From positions 134,356-166,355 of the forward strand of contig JAWAHN010000002.1 in assembly GCA_038889235.1 (NCBI GenBank): a stretch of 32,000 nucleotides of DNA, in the 5' to 3' direction. Under the pieces are notes generated by a model that saw nothing but the letters and a program-made list of their open reading frames with translations, was not told the DNA's origin and did not search any database. Of the stretch, positions 16,843 through 26,727 are shown piece by piece (within the stretch, counting starts at the first letter, position 1; every line of letters starts with the position of its first letter). The position numbers and the translations under genes were made by a program. This DNA is from Candidatus Jordarchaeales archaeon (lineage in GTDB: Archaea > Asgardarchaeota > Jordiarchaeia > Jordiarchaeales > Freyrarchaeaceae).

Positions 16843-17759
16843 GCGCTATATCGATACGTGGGCTGAGGAAGGTTTTCGGGAGCTTTGTAGCGCTGGACGG
16901 CGTTGACCTAGAGGTCCCCGAAGGTGTTTGCTTCGGGCTTCTAGGTCCTAACGGGGCGGGTAAAACGACGACGATAAAAATAATCCTCGGTTTGTTAGAG
17001 CCCAGCGGGGGCGAAGCTAGGGTTTTTGGTGAAAGGGCCGGAAGTTATGACGTGAGACGAAGGATAGGGTACCTCCCCGAGAGGATAGAATACCACAACC
17101 ACGTTTTATGCATAGACTTCCTGAAGTACGTGGGCATTTTGAATCACATGAGGCCGCTTGCCGCTGAGAGGGCTGCGAGGGAGATTCTTGCATGGGTTGG
17201 TCTTGAGGGGTGGGAGGAGCAGCCTATAGGAACGCTGAGTGCCGGTATGAAGCAGAGACTTGGCTTAGCTCAGGCGTTGATGGGGGATCCAGACCTTTTG
17301 ATACTTGACGAGCCGACGGTTAACTTGGACCCTATTGGAAGAAAGGAAATTCTCGACAAGGTGAGGGAGCTTGTCAAGGACGGGAAGACCGTCCTACTGT
17401 CGAGCCACATTCTTTCGGAAGTTGAAATGGTGTGTGACTATGTCGGGATAATCTACAGGGGGCGGACGCTTAGGCAGGGAAAGTTGGAGGAGGTCGTCCA
17501 AGAGATAGTTCACGGTAGGTCTGGAAAATACGAGCTCGTGGTAGATAAGACCGACGAGGTTCTCTCCCTCCTAAGGGAGAAGGGGGTTGAGGCGGCGGTG
17601 GAAGGCGGGCGAATAATAATTTCCTCTTCGAACATGGATTTCGTTGGAAGGATTATCCCGAAAGTTTTAGCTGAGGCGAATGTGTGCCTAACGAAGTTTG
17701 CCCCGATAGGCGGGGCGCTGCAAGAGGTATTCCTCCAGCTTGTTTCAGAAAACGTTTAA
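16839..17759 (+). CDS. ABC transporter ATP-binding protein (ABC-2/exporter type)
   Basis: Walker A GPNGAGKTT, signature LSAGMKQR, Walker B LLILDEP, H-loop SSHIL. Confidence 0.95.
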   Translation: MSAISIRGLRKVFGSFVALDGVDLEVPEGVCFGLLGPNGAGKTTTIKIILGLLEPSGGEARVFGERAGSYDVRRRIGYLPERIEYHNHVLCIDFLKYVGILNHMRPLAAERAAREILAWVGLEGWEEQPIGTLSAGMKQRLGLAQALMGDPDLLILDEPTVNLDPIGRKEILDKVRELVKDGKTVLLSSHILSEVEMVCDYVGIIYRGRTLRQGKLEEVVQEIVHGRSGKYELVVDKTDEVLSLLREKGVEAAVEGGRIIISSSNMDFVGRIIPKVLAEANVCLTKFAPIGGALQEVFLQLVSENV

Positions 17760-18778
17760 TGGTGTGTGAGAAGATGGCGTCTGTCTCCTTAAATAAGGTT
17801 CAAGCTGTTGTCTTACAGACGTTGTTCATGACATTAGAAGAGATGAAGGCGCTTTACAAGACGAAGGCGTTCGTGCTGTTTTCGGTCCTCATGCTTCTGC
17901 CGATGCAGCTGATCTTAATATCTTACGCTTTAACTCAATATCCCAATCTTCTAGCTGAAGTCGAAAAATCGCTTTTCCTAAACGGTTTGCTTGAGAACGG
18001 AGCCATTGATGTTTTCAGAGATATATTCTCCTCGGCCATGGGAGTCCAGACGGTCCAAATGGGCACTATACGTTTCGCTGTAGGTGCCACCGACTACTAC
18101 CTAAACTTCCCAATAGTCGCCATCGTGGCAATCCTTACATGTGGCTTCATAGCGTCTGAGAGGGAAAAGGGGACTTTCCAAGTGTACGTTTCAAAACCAG
18201 TCTATAGAACCCAGCTGGTGATATCTAAGTTCCTTTCATTCTCCTTGGTAAGCTTACTATTGACAGCTCTAACCTACTCTATAGCTTACTTTGCCTACGC
18301 CACCTTTCTACTCGCCCCGTTTTCCCTACTTTCTTTAGGCGTGCAGGAGACCGTGAGCTTATTGTTAACGCTAATATTTTTCACGTGGCTCTTCATACTC
18401 GCTGTTGGCTCTATAACTATCTTTTTTTCGTCGCTCATAGACCGATCCATCATAGCCGGGGTGGCATCCCTCATAATCTTAACGTTGTTATCCATACTTC
18501 CAGCTATGCTCATTGTGTTTGGAGGAGCCGGCCTTTCAACCTATTTAAGGTTCTTTGACATACCTAGCTTGGCTCAGCAATTGATAGACTACTACTCCCT
18601 CGGCCCCATCAATTACTATAGGGGTCTCTGGAACATCATAACAATGTTCGGATTCTTCTCAGAATTTATCCTTTCCAGACTGGTGGAGCCAGCGACGGCG
18701 CTCTCCTCTCTCCTTTTGCTCATAATAGTCCCATTGTTGGCAGCATGCATTATAACTGAAAAAAGAGAGGCAGTGTAG
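17759..18778 (+). CDS. ABC-2 type exporter permease
   Basis: About six TM segments; IASEREKGTF..Y.SKPV.R..LVISKF motif; start at ATG 17759 or a few codons later. Confidence 0.85.
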   Translation: MVCEKMASVSLNKVQAVVLQTLFMTLEEMKALYKTKAFVLFSVLMLLPMQLILISYALTQYPNLLAEVEKSLFLNGLLENGAIDVFRDIFSSAMGVQTVQMGTIRFAVGATDYYLNFPIVAIVAILTCGFIASEREKGTFQVYVSKPVYRTQLVISKFLSFSLVSLLLTALTYSIAYFAYATFLLAPFSLLSLGVQETVSLLLTLIFFTWLFILAVGSITIFFSSLIDRSIIAGVASLIILTLLSILPAMLIVFGGAGLSTYLRFFDIPSLAQQLIDYYSLGPINYYRGLWNIITMFGFFSEFILSRLVEPATALSSLLLLIIVPLLAACIITEKREAV

Positions 18779-18861
18779 CTTCCTTAACACCCCCAAGATC
18801 AAAAGATTTTTGCCGGCTCACTTTCTTCTATGTTTCCTGAGGTGGCGCTGGGGGGAATGCT

Positions 18862-20013
18862 TTGAGCTCTGAGTGGAGCCTAGAGAAGCAGCTCGAGAGC
18901 ATAGCTTCCGAAGTTAGACGCATTGAGAAAGGAAGAGAGATGTTAGTGAGCGTCTTAAAGCGTTTTAAGAACGAAGAGTTGTTTGACGAGGATTTGAGGA
19001 GGTCCTTCGGAGAGCTCGTTGAAAGTAGGCTTGCCTATCCATCCCCCCCAATAGACCTAACTGGGTTGAAGATTGCCTGTGTTGACGGCGGAATGGTCAG
19101 TAGAAGTCTCCGCTTGATAGACATTATCGCCGTAAGAGCTGTCGCAGTGATATTCAAATATGAGGTTGGAGGCTCCGTCAGCGCCTTCTATTACCCAAGG
19201 GAGCATCCTCCACCTAAAATAATCTTCAATGTTGATCCGTTCTCGCAGGCCGACTTTGATGTTTCAGCGGGACTTGAAAGACTTTCGCACGAGCTAGACG
19301 TGGCTATCAATGTTCAGAAAGAGTACAGCATAGATCTGCTTCTTATGGATGGAAGCCTACTCCCACAAGCAAGCGATAAACCCTACACCCCTGAACTCGA
19401 AGCAAAGTATCTGAAAGTTGTGAAGCTTTTTGAAAGGCTGTACAGTGTTTGCATTAAAAACGGCGTTTCACTCGCAGGCGTTATCAAGGACACTCGAAGC
19501 ACGCGCTTCGTTCAACTTTTATCAAGCATTATACCTGTCCTAGTGGAAAGAAACCCGTCACTTAGGGAAATCTTGTCTTTCGACTACCGATCCTCTATCC
19601 GGAGCTTAACGGACTCGGAGCTCTTGTTCAGGTTGTTAGACAAAGGTGAGAGAAGTATGATTTTACGTTACTCTGACAACCCATGCGCTCACCCGGTCCT
19701 AAAGGATCTAAGCAGAGAGTGGCGCGACAAGTTCTATATAATGTATCTTAAGCCAGCGGAGCTAGACCATCCGTTAAGGGTTGAATACCTCGCCATGGGA
19801 AACCCCACTAGCGAGGCTAGGAAAGTAGCGTCTGCCGTGATGGCCCTCTCTATGTACCATCCCGAGCACGCCCTACCCTCAGTCCAGCTTGAGGCTCATG
19901 TGCAAGCAAAACTCGCCGAAAGAGAGGTAGATTTTATTTGCGACCAGCTAGCCCACAAGATAGGCGTCCCACCCAGCTTTTTAAGGACAAGAGATAAACT
20001 ATTCCTTACATAA
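18862..20013 (+). CDS. nurA: NurA 5'-3' nuclease
   Basis: ACVDGG, LLMDGSL, GVIKDT, P...AH motifs; directly upstream of herA. Confidence 0.85.
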   Translation: MSSEWSLEKQLESIASEVRRIEKGREMLVSVLKRFKNEELFDEDLRRSFGELVESRLAYPSPPIDLTGLKIACVDGGMVSRSLRLIDIIAVRAVAVIFKYEVGGSVSAFYYPREHPPPKIIFNVDPFSQADFDVSAGLERLSHELDVAINVQKEYSIDLLLMDGSLLPQASDKPYTPELEAKYLKVVKLFERLYSVCIKNGVSLAGVIKDTRSTRFVQLLSSIIPVLVERNPSLREILSFDYRSSIRSLTDSELLFRLLDKGERSMILRYSDNPCAHPVLKDLSREWRDKFYIMYLKPAELDHPLRVEYLAMGNPTSEARKVASAVMALSMYHPEHALPSVQLEAHVQAKLAEREVDFICDQLAHKIGVPPSFLRTRDKLFLT

Positions 20014-20027
20014 AGGGGCGGTTAAGA

Positions 20028-21539
20028 ATGAAATCTATCGGTACAATAATCTGTGACGACCATGGTCCGACGACTTCCGAGTTTACATTCGTCGTTACGT
20101 CCTCCGAAACCGTCCCTGTGAGACGAGGCCAGATGGTTCAAGTTGAGACAGAGGAGGGGTTAATGCTAGCTGTTGTCCAAGAAGTTGTCAAGACGAACCG
20201 CTTCTACTATCATGCTGAAGCAGTCAAAGAGCTTGAGAAGAGTGGGAGAACTCTTTCGTCAATTTTCCCGTGTGATAGATGGGATATGTTGATTGCGACA
20301 GCTAAGCCCTTGGGAGTACTCAAAGGGGGGTTATTTGACAAAATAACGTTCCCCCCTTCACCGGGAGATAAGGTTTACCTTGCGGAAAGAGAGGTTCTCT
20401 CTAAGTTTTTCGGGTTTGACGAGGAAAACGGCTTGGAAATAGGGTTTATGAAGTTTCACAACGTTCCAGTTAAACTTAATATGACGCGGCTGCTACAAAA
20501 ACATCTGGCCATCCTCGCCATGAGTGGCTCAGGAAAATCCTATCTCGCCACAGTACTCATAGAAGAAATACTTTCGAGGAAAAAAGAGGAAGGAAGGATA
20601 TTTGTTCTAGTGGTTGACGTTCACGGCGAGTACGTAGCACTTTCACAAGACGAAAGCTGGGGGCTAGCGCACGCGGTAACCGTAGTAAAGGGGCCGTACG
20701 TTCAGTTTGCCACACCACTTCTCACTGAAAGACACTTGGGAATGTTCCAGCCGGAAATGAGCCCCGTACAAATGCGTGAACTTGGTCGGCTTCTTTCAGA
20801 GGTGAGGAAGGACAAGGGCTTTGCTTACTCTCTTTCAGACGTCATATCTTTCATAGAGAAAGATGAGAGGATGAATCCTAGAACTAAGGAAGCCTTGCTA
20901 GGCTGGCTTTACGAACTGGAAGACACACAGCTTTTTGGAGTGGAAGAAAACCCACACCTACCAGAAATAGCTAAGCCCGGGAGGGCGGCTGTGCTAGACT
21001 TGAGCGAAACTCTAAGCTTGAGAAAGAAGCAGATGATTGTCGCGTACGTTCTTCAACGCTTGTTCGACTTGAGAAGGCGCAACCTAATCCCTCCAACCCT
21101 AATAGTACTCGAGGAAGCTCACCAGTTCTGCCCAGAAGCAAAGCAGGAACTAGCCATTTCGAAAAGCGTTATCGAAACTATAGCGAGGGAGGGAAGGAAG
21201 TTCTACTGCTCACTGTGTCTAATCTCCCAGCGTCCGGTAAGACTCGCGACAAGTGTACTCAGCCAGGCTAACACGCACATAATTCTGCGGATAACGAACC
21301 CAAACGACCTGAGAGCCATAGAGCTCTCCTCTGAAATGATCACCCGCGAAGTACTCGGCATGATAGCAGAGCTCCCTGTAGGCGAAGCCTTGATAGTGGG
21401 CAGCGCAGTAAATGCCCCCCTTTTCTTAAAAGTTAGAAAAAAGAAGTCGTCTCTCTCAGTCTACGAGGAATCCATGGAAGAAGCGGCTAAAAGGTTTGAG
21501 CAAGGTGAAGTCAACCACCCCTATACTAGTGCCACATGA
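20028..21539 (+). CDS. herA: HerA bipolar helicase/ATPase
   Basis: N-terminal HAS barrel, HLAILAMSGSGKSY, D.HGEY, LEEAHQFCP, IAREGRKF, ISQRP, SQANTHIILRITNPNDL. Confidence 0.92.
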   Translation: MKSIGTIICDDHGPTTSEFTFVVTSSETVPVRRGQMVQVETEEGLMLAVVQEVVKTNRFYYHAEAVKELEKSGRTLSSIFPCDRWDMLIATAKPLGVLKGGLFDKITFPPSPGDKVYLAEREVLSKFFGFDEENGLEIGFMKFHNVPVKLNMTRLLQKHLAILAMSGSGKSYLATVLIEEILSRKKEEGRIFVLVVDVHGEYVALSQDESWGLAHAVTVVKGPYVQFATPLLTERHLGMFQPEMSPVQMRELGRLLSEVRKDKGFAYSLSDVISFIEKDERMNPRTKEALLGWLYELEDTQLFGVEENPHLPEIAKPGRAAVLDLSETLSLRKKQMIVAYVLQRLFDLRRRNLIPPTLIVLEEAHQFCPEAKQELAISKSVIETIAREGRKFYCSLCLISQRPVRLATSVLSQANTHIILRITNPNDLRAIELSSEMITREVLGMIAELPVGEALIVGSAVNAPLFLKVRKKKSSLSVYEESMEEAAKRFEQGEVNHPYTSAT

Positions 21540-21543
21540 ATGT

Positions 21544-21828
21544 TCATATGATTATCACTATGCGCCGCACAGCGGGTTCGCATATTTTCTTAACGCCGTG
21601 CTGTCCCGGAGCATAGTAGCTTTTTACTAACCCGGCCTTTTCTAGTATTTTTATTTGAGCAGAGATGTTAGCCTCAGTTTGGTTAAGAGTTTCGGCTATC
21701 CTACTTACATCCATTTTTTTGTCGCGGAGAAGTCTTAGTATCTCTAACCTTGTCTCGGACGAGAGTGCTTTAGCTACTATCGTAACGTTTTTATCGCTCA
21801 CTACTAGCTCCTCTTCGCTTCCTTCCAT
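21544..21828 (-). CDS. ArsR-family winged-HTH transcriptional regulator
   Basis: KALSSETRLEIL.LL, IAE.L.QTEANIS.QIKILEKAGLV; no metal-binding Cys cluster. Confidence 0.85.
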   Translation of the reverse strand: MEGSEEELVVSDKNVTIVAKALSSETRLEILRLLRDKKMDVSRIAETLNQTEANISAQIKILEKAGLVKSYYAPGQHGVKKICEPAVRRIVIII

Positions 21829-22013
21829 TTTCGGAGCTGCCTCCTTTCACCAGAATATGGTGTGAGTAACATGAAAAGCGAGTCGCTAATCTCTTATAAG
21901 CTTTTCTATTCAAATAAGCAAAAGGTTTAATCATAGTATTGAAAGCATTTCAAATTGCAATTGAGTAAGAAAAAATAAAAGTCTCTGAAATGTAGAGAGG
22001 GCTAGGTGACTAG

Positions 22014-22892
22014 ATGAAGTGGCTTGCAAGAAAACTCCACGACCTCAAAGCGGATGACTACAAGGTTCTAGGCGCCCTTGAAAGGGGAATGAAGATGTAT
22101 GAATTCGTCCCAGTAGACGTAATTACTCGGCTTTCATCCCTTCATGAGGGGAGAGTGTTGAACATTCTTAGCAAGCTACACGAGTTCAAATTGGTTGTAA
22201 GGCAGGTGGGCGACTATGTCGGGTACAGGTTGACGGTTCACGGCTTCGACGCCCTCGCTCTAAACGTGCTGGTTAACTTAGGGGTGATAGAATACATCGG
22301 CTCTAAACTTGGTGTAGGCAAAGAATCCGACATTTACGAGGCTCTCACACCCTCTGGCAGGCGTGTTGCCATAAAGGCTCACAGAATCGGGAGAACAAGT
22401 TTTACAAAGGCGAAGAGAGTTCGAAGTTACATTAAGGGCAAGATCACCCAGTCAGGGTGGTTTTCTGCTTCATGCAGATCGGCGGAAAGAGAGTACTTTG
22501 CCCTTAAAACCCTTCATCCCAATGGTGTTGCTGTACCAGAACCGATCGGCTTTAACCGGCACATCGTAGTAATGGAGCTCATAGACGGAGACGAATTGGT
22601 TAAGTACAAGTTTCTACCAGAACCCGACGATCTTCTAGAGTCAATAATCGAGAACATAAAGCTAGCCTATGAGTGTGGGATAGTTCACGGAGATCTGAGC
22701 GAGTACAACGTGATTGTAACTCCAGAGTTGGACGTCTTCCTAATTGACTGGCCTCAATTCGTACCTATCAACCATCCTTCAGCACAATACCTGCTCGAAA
22801 GAGACGTCTACAACGTCTTACGGTTCTTCGAAAGAAAGTTCAATGTTCGGTTAAACTTATCGGAAACCCTTGACTATATTACTAAGGGGTAG
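22014..22892 (+). CDS. rio2: RIO2-type serine/threonine kinase/ATPase
   Basis: N-terminal wHTH (GYRLT..GFD.LAL), GVGKESDIY, HRIGRTSF, VHGDLSEYNV, IDWPQ. Confidence 0.93.
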   Translation: MKWLARKLHDLKADDYKVLGALERGMKMYEFVPVDVITRLSSLHEGRVLNILSKLHEFKLVVRQVGDYVGYRLTVHGFDALALNVLVNLGVIEYIGSKLGVGKESDIYEALTPSGRRVAIKAHRIGRTSFTKAKRVRSYIKGKITQSGWFSASCRSAEREYFALKTLHPNGVAVPEPIGFNRHIVVMELIDGDELVKYKFLPEPDDLLESIIENIKLAYECGIVHGDLSEYNVIVTPELDVFLIDWPQFVPINHPSAQYLLERDVYNVLRFFERKFNVRLNLSETLDYITKG

Positions 22893-22917
22893 TCAGAGCA
22901 GTCGGCTGGGTCAAAAG

Positions 22918-24948
22918 ATGGAAGCCCCTAAGAGAGTGCTTGGCGTCGACATACTTCCATCAAGCTCCCCGTCGTCTAAAACCCCCCCAAAGTATGCTGC
23001 GTTCCTACTGGAAGACGAGAAAAGCTATGTTTACGAGTGTCTTAGCAAGCGTGAGCTACTATCCCTCATAAACTTCGTAAAACCAGACATAGTGGCGTTA
23101 GATAACGTGTTTGAGCTCGCCTCTAACCAGGAGGGGATAATCTCCTTTCTGGCTAGCTGCCCTCCCACTACAAAGCTCGTGCAAGTGACCGGCTCCCCTG
23201 TTAGTGGTACTACGCCTCTTTCGGTGCTCGCATCCCAAAACGGCATTAAGGTCGAAAGCTTTTCACCCGTCAAAACCGCTGAAGTGTGCGCTAGGCTGGC
23301 GGCCAGTGGTGTAGGATACGCTGTACGTGTTTTTAGAGACGAAACGCGGATAATAATTGCCAGGGGGCGCTGCCCGGGCCATGGAGGCTGGAGCTCAGAG
23401 AGATTTAGAAGACGCGTGTATAACTTGATACTTCAGACAACCAAGGAAATACAGAGGAGACTCGACGAAGCGGGAATAGAATACGAGTTGCACGTAGAGA
23501 GGGTCGATGGTGGGGCTAAACGCAGTAAGTTCATCGTTTACGCTGAAAGAAGTATTGTAAGCCGGCTGGTTAAACCATATAGGGGGGACGTGATCGTAGC
23601 TATTCAACCCGTGTTACTCGAGCATCTAGAATGGATACCCCTTACTCAGGGAAGTTTAACCGCAGTTACGCCGAAGAAGGGGCTAATTGTGGGCATAGAC
23701 CCGGGGGTTACATGTGGCGTCGCCATATTAGACCTCAACGGCAACCTTATTCTCCTGGAAAGCGAAAAAGATCTATCCAGAACAGCCCTCGTCAGGAAAC
23801 TTACCTCTTTCGGTATACCTATTTTGCTCGCCTCAGACGTAAACCCGCCTCCGAGCTTTCTCGAAAAGTTGGCTGGCATACTCAACTCAAGACTATTTTA
23901 CCCGCCAAGGAGCCTTACAGTCTCGGAGAAAAGGGAACTCGTGCAAAAGTTTGTTGAAGAAAAGCGTGTTAAAGTTCAAGACTCGCACCAGCGCGACGCC
24001 CTAGCCTCAGCCCTCAAGGCTTTCTACACGTTCAAGAACAAATTCGAGAAAGTTGAAGCTAAAGCTAGATCCCTAGGCTACCCTATCTCACCTGACCAAT
24101 TGAAAATAATGGTTTTAAAGGGTCTGTCGCTTTCGGAGGCAATAAACATGCTTTCATCTTCAAAGGCGAAGGAGGAGACTGTTGAGGAGAAAAAAGTTCA
24201 GCCGGAACCAGACCTAAGTGTTCTGATCAACAAGTTGGAATCATATAGGGTTAAACTCAGGAGGATGAGGAGAAGTCTAATTCGCATCAAAGAGCTAAAC
24301 ACTTCTCTCGTCGCTGAGAAACAAAAGCTGGAAAACGAGCTTCAACGCCTCCGAGAGCTCTTAGAGAACGTTGACGTTAAAACTAGGTCTGAAGATGTGG
24401 AGAGAGTTGTGGAACGCTACAAAGAGGAGATTAAGATACTTAAAAATGAGATTTTGAAGCTGAAAGAGGAACTTTCAGCTGCACGCCACCAAATTGCAAA
24501 CCTGAAAAGGATGAGAATTATGGAAATAAGGGGAGTAGTTTACCCCCTTAAGGTTGTAAGGAGTTTCACTCCGAACGAGATCCGTAGAACGGAGGAAACC
24601 GTTGGAATAAACAAAGGAGACATAATCCTCTTACTGGATGGAAGCGGAGGCGGGAAGGCTACCGCGAACATGCTGATAGAAAAAGGAATCAAAGCCGTCA
24701 TTTCCAAGACCGCGATGTCGCACCTAGCTCTTGAAGCCTTCCTCGAAGCAAACATACCCGTCTTTTTCTCGGACGAAGTTCCTGTTAAGGAAATTGACGA
24801 CTTCGCCGTAGTAGATAAAAAGGAATTCGACTCCCTCCTTTCAAACTACCTTAGGGAGAAGGAGAGGATCGAGTTAGAAGAACAGAAGAGGAAGCTGGAG
24901 GAACTGCTTAAATCTTACAGAGCTGAAAGAGAGCAGGAGTTAAACTAA
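22918..24948 (+). CDS. DUF460/COG2433-type protein: RNase H-like folds plus long coiled coil
   Basis: VLGVDILP, GHGGWS..RFRR, IVGIDPG.T.G.AILDL.G, ASDVNPPP, HQRDALASA; Lys/Glu-rich coiled coil. Confidence 0.82.
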   Translation: MEAPKRVLGVDILPSSSPSSKTPPKYAAFLLEDEKSYVYECLSKRELLSLINFVKPDIVALDNVFELASNQEGIISFLASCPPTTKLVQVTGSPVSGTTPLSVLASQNGIKVESFSPVKTAEVCARLAASGVGYAVRVFRDETRIIIARGRCPGHGGWSSERFRRRVYNLILQTTKEIQRRLDEAGIEYELHVERVDGGAKRSKFIVYAERSIVSRLVKPYRGDVIVAIQPVLLEHLEWIPLTQGSLTAVTPKKGLIVGIDPGVTCGVAILDLNGNLILLESEKDLSRTALVRKLTSFGIPILLASDVNPPPSFLEKLAGILNSRLFYPPRSLTVSEKRELVQKFVEEKRVKVQDSHQRDALASALKAFYTFKNKFEKVEAKARSLGYPISPDQLKIMVLKGLSLSEAINMLSSSKAKEETVEEKKVQPEPDLSVLINKLESYRVKLRRMRRSLIRIKELNTSLVAEKQKLENELQRLRELLENVDVKTRSEDVERVVERYKEEIKILKNEILKLKEELSAARHQIANLKRMRIMEIRGVVYPLKVVRSFTPNEIRRTEETVGINKGDIILLLDGSGGGKATANMLIEKGIKAVISKTAMSHLALEAFLEANIPVFFSDEVPVKEIDDFAVVDKKEFDSLLSNYLREKERIELEEQKRKLEELLKSYRAEREQELN

Positions 24949-24971
24949 ACCCCAGCTCTAAAAAGTCGCGC

Positions 24972-25238
24972 CTACTTCTTCTCCTTCTCCTCCTTCTGGG
25001 GGATTTCCTCTGTCAAATCAGGCTTTATGAAGAGTATGTTATTCCCCCTTATGAATACCTCCCCATACCTAGCTATTGGTCCATCTTCATCCAGTTCCTC
25101 GGCATTAGTTAGACATAGGTTCATGTACGAATCTATGTGTGAAAGCCTTCCTTGAATCGTTCTACCATCTTTCAACTTCACTAGAATCAAGTTGTTAATA
25201 GCTTTTTGCAGAACAGCTAGAGGCTGGCTTCCAGACAT
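24972..25238 (-). CDS. Sm-like (Lsm/SmAP) RNA-binding protein
   Basis: ILVKLKDGR.I.G.L..ID.YMNL.L, YGEVFIRGNNILFI (Sm1/Sm2 motifs). Confidence 0.95.
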   Translation of the reverse strand: MSGSQPLAVLQKAINNLILVKLKDGRTIQGRLSHIDSYMNLCLTNAEELDEDGPIARYGEVFIRGNNILFIKPDLTEEIPQKEEKEKK

Positions 25239-25422
25239 GATATTTCATCCTCACCTTGTTGTTTTCACTGAAAGAGAGAGAAACCCCTTTCCATTTAAAA
25301 AAGTTGCTCTTCTCAGCAGGGCTTAGCAAACCTTTTCCAGTGTTTTTAAGTTAAACTTTTAAGTTATGACTGCTAAGTATGCATGATTAATTGTACCTCC
25401 TGTTTTTTGGGGGACAGCAACT

Positions 25423-26727
25423 TTGGCAACTAGAATGGAAGAAGCAAGCAGACTCTCACTGACCGAGGAAATTAAAGCCGTCGCTGAAGAAGAAGGAATA
25501 CCGCCGGAGAAGGTTGCGAGGAGACTTGGAAGAGGAGAAGTAGTTATAGTTAGGAATGTTGTACGAGAAGTGAAGCCGCTAGGTATAGGAAAAGGATTAA
25601 GGACTAAAATTAATGCCAACATAGGGACCTCTTCTGAAGTTTGTGACGTCGAATTAGAGCTCAGGAAGGCGTTTATAGCAATAAGGTATGGTGCTGACAC
25701 GATAATGGACCTTAGCACCGGAGGGGACTTGGACACTATAAGGAGGCGTATCTTAAAGTCGGTTAACGTCCCCGTAGGCACAGTCCCCATATACCAGGCA
25801 GGCATCGAAGCTGCAAGGAAAAAAGGCGCAATAATCGATATGGATGAAGATGATATGTTCAACGCGATCGAAAAACACGCTAAGGATGGTGTAGATTTCG
25901 TCACCGTTCACGTCGGTGTGACAAAGGAGAACGTGAAAAAACTTGTTGAAAGCAAACGAATAATCCCCATGGTGAGCAGAGGAGGAACTTTCCACGCAGC
26001 CTGGATATTACACCACGACAAAGAGAACCCGCTTTACGAGAACTTCGACTACCTGCTTGAAATAGCCAGACAGTATGACATGACTCTAAGCCTAGGAGAC
26101 GGTCTAAGACCTGGGTGCATCCATGACGCCACAGATGTGCTTCAAATATCTGAGCTCGTGACGATAAGCCGCTTAGTTGAAAGAGCCAGAGAAAAGGGTG
26201 TGCAGGTGATCGTTGAAGGTCCCGGACACGTGCCTATAAATGAAATTGCAGCGAACATAAGGCTGCAGAAATCCATGTGCAAGAATGCCCCCTTCTATGT
26301 CCTCGGTCCACTAGTAACAGATATTGCCCCAGGATACGATCACATCGTAGGTGCCATAGGGGGTGCTATAGCCGCTCTTGAAGGAGCGGACTTCCTTTGT
26401 TACGTTACTCCCGCAGAACATTTACGCCTGCCCGGAGAAGAGGATGTGAAACTTGGCGTTATAGCAGCGAAGATAGCTGCTCACGTCGCCGACATAGCTA
26501 AGCTTGGCCAAAGAGCGGCTAAGTGGGATGACGAAATGGCGAAGGCCAGAGTTAGCCTTGACTGGGGGAAGCAGTTTAGTCTAGCAATAGACCCCGAGAA
26601 AGCGAGGGCCTACCATGAACAAGGCACTACAAGAAAGACCGCATGTACCATGTGCGGGGAATATTGTGCAATGAAACTCATATCCGAAGCTTTGGGGCGA
26701 AAAGACTTTTCCCGGCTTACCTGTTAA
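25423..26727 (+). CDS. thiC: Phosphomethylpyrimidine synthase ThiC
   Basis: TKINANIGTS, MDLSTGGD, GTVPIYQA, VSRGG, SLGDGLRPG, EGPGHVP, LCYVTPAEHL, C-terminal CTMCGEYC. Confidence 0.96.
   Translation: MATRMEEASRLSLTEEIKAVAEEEGIPPEKVARRLGRGEVVIVRNVVREVKPLGIGKGLRTKINANIGTSSEVCDVELELRKAFIAIRYGADTIMDLSTGGDLDTIRRRILKSVNVPVGTVPIYQAGIEAARKKGAIIDMDEDDMFNAIEKHAKDGVDFVTVHVGVTKENVKKLVESKRIIPMVSRGGTFHAAWILHHDKENPLYENFDYLLEIARQYDMTLSLGDGLRPGCIHDATDVLQISELVTISRLVERAREKGVQVIVEGPGHVPINEIAANIRLQKSMCKNAPFYVLGPLVTDIAPGYDHIVGAIGGAIAALEGADFLCYVTPAEHLRLPGEEDVKLGVIAAKIAAHVADIAKLGQRAAKWDDEMAKARVSLDWGKQFSLAIDPEKARAYHEQGTTRKTACTMCGEYCAMKLISEALGRKDFSRLTC

Noticed and set aside
25240-25422. TPP riboswitch upstream of thiC
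   Set aside because: No CUGAGA / ACCUGA...AGGGA pattern on the sense strand; only a short AAGTT-A-AACTT palindrome of doubtful significance.
25359-25904. 181-aa minus strand ORF
   Set aside because: Antisense shadow of thiC.
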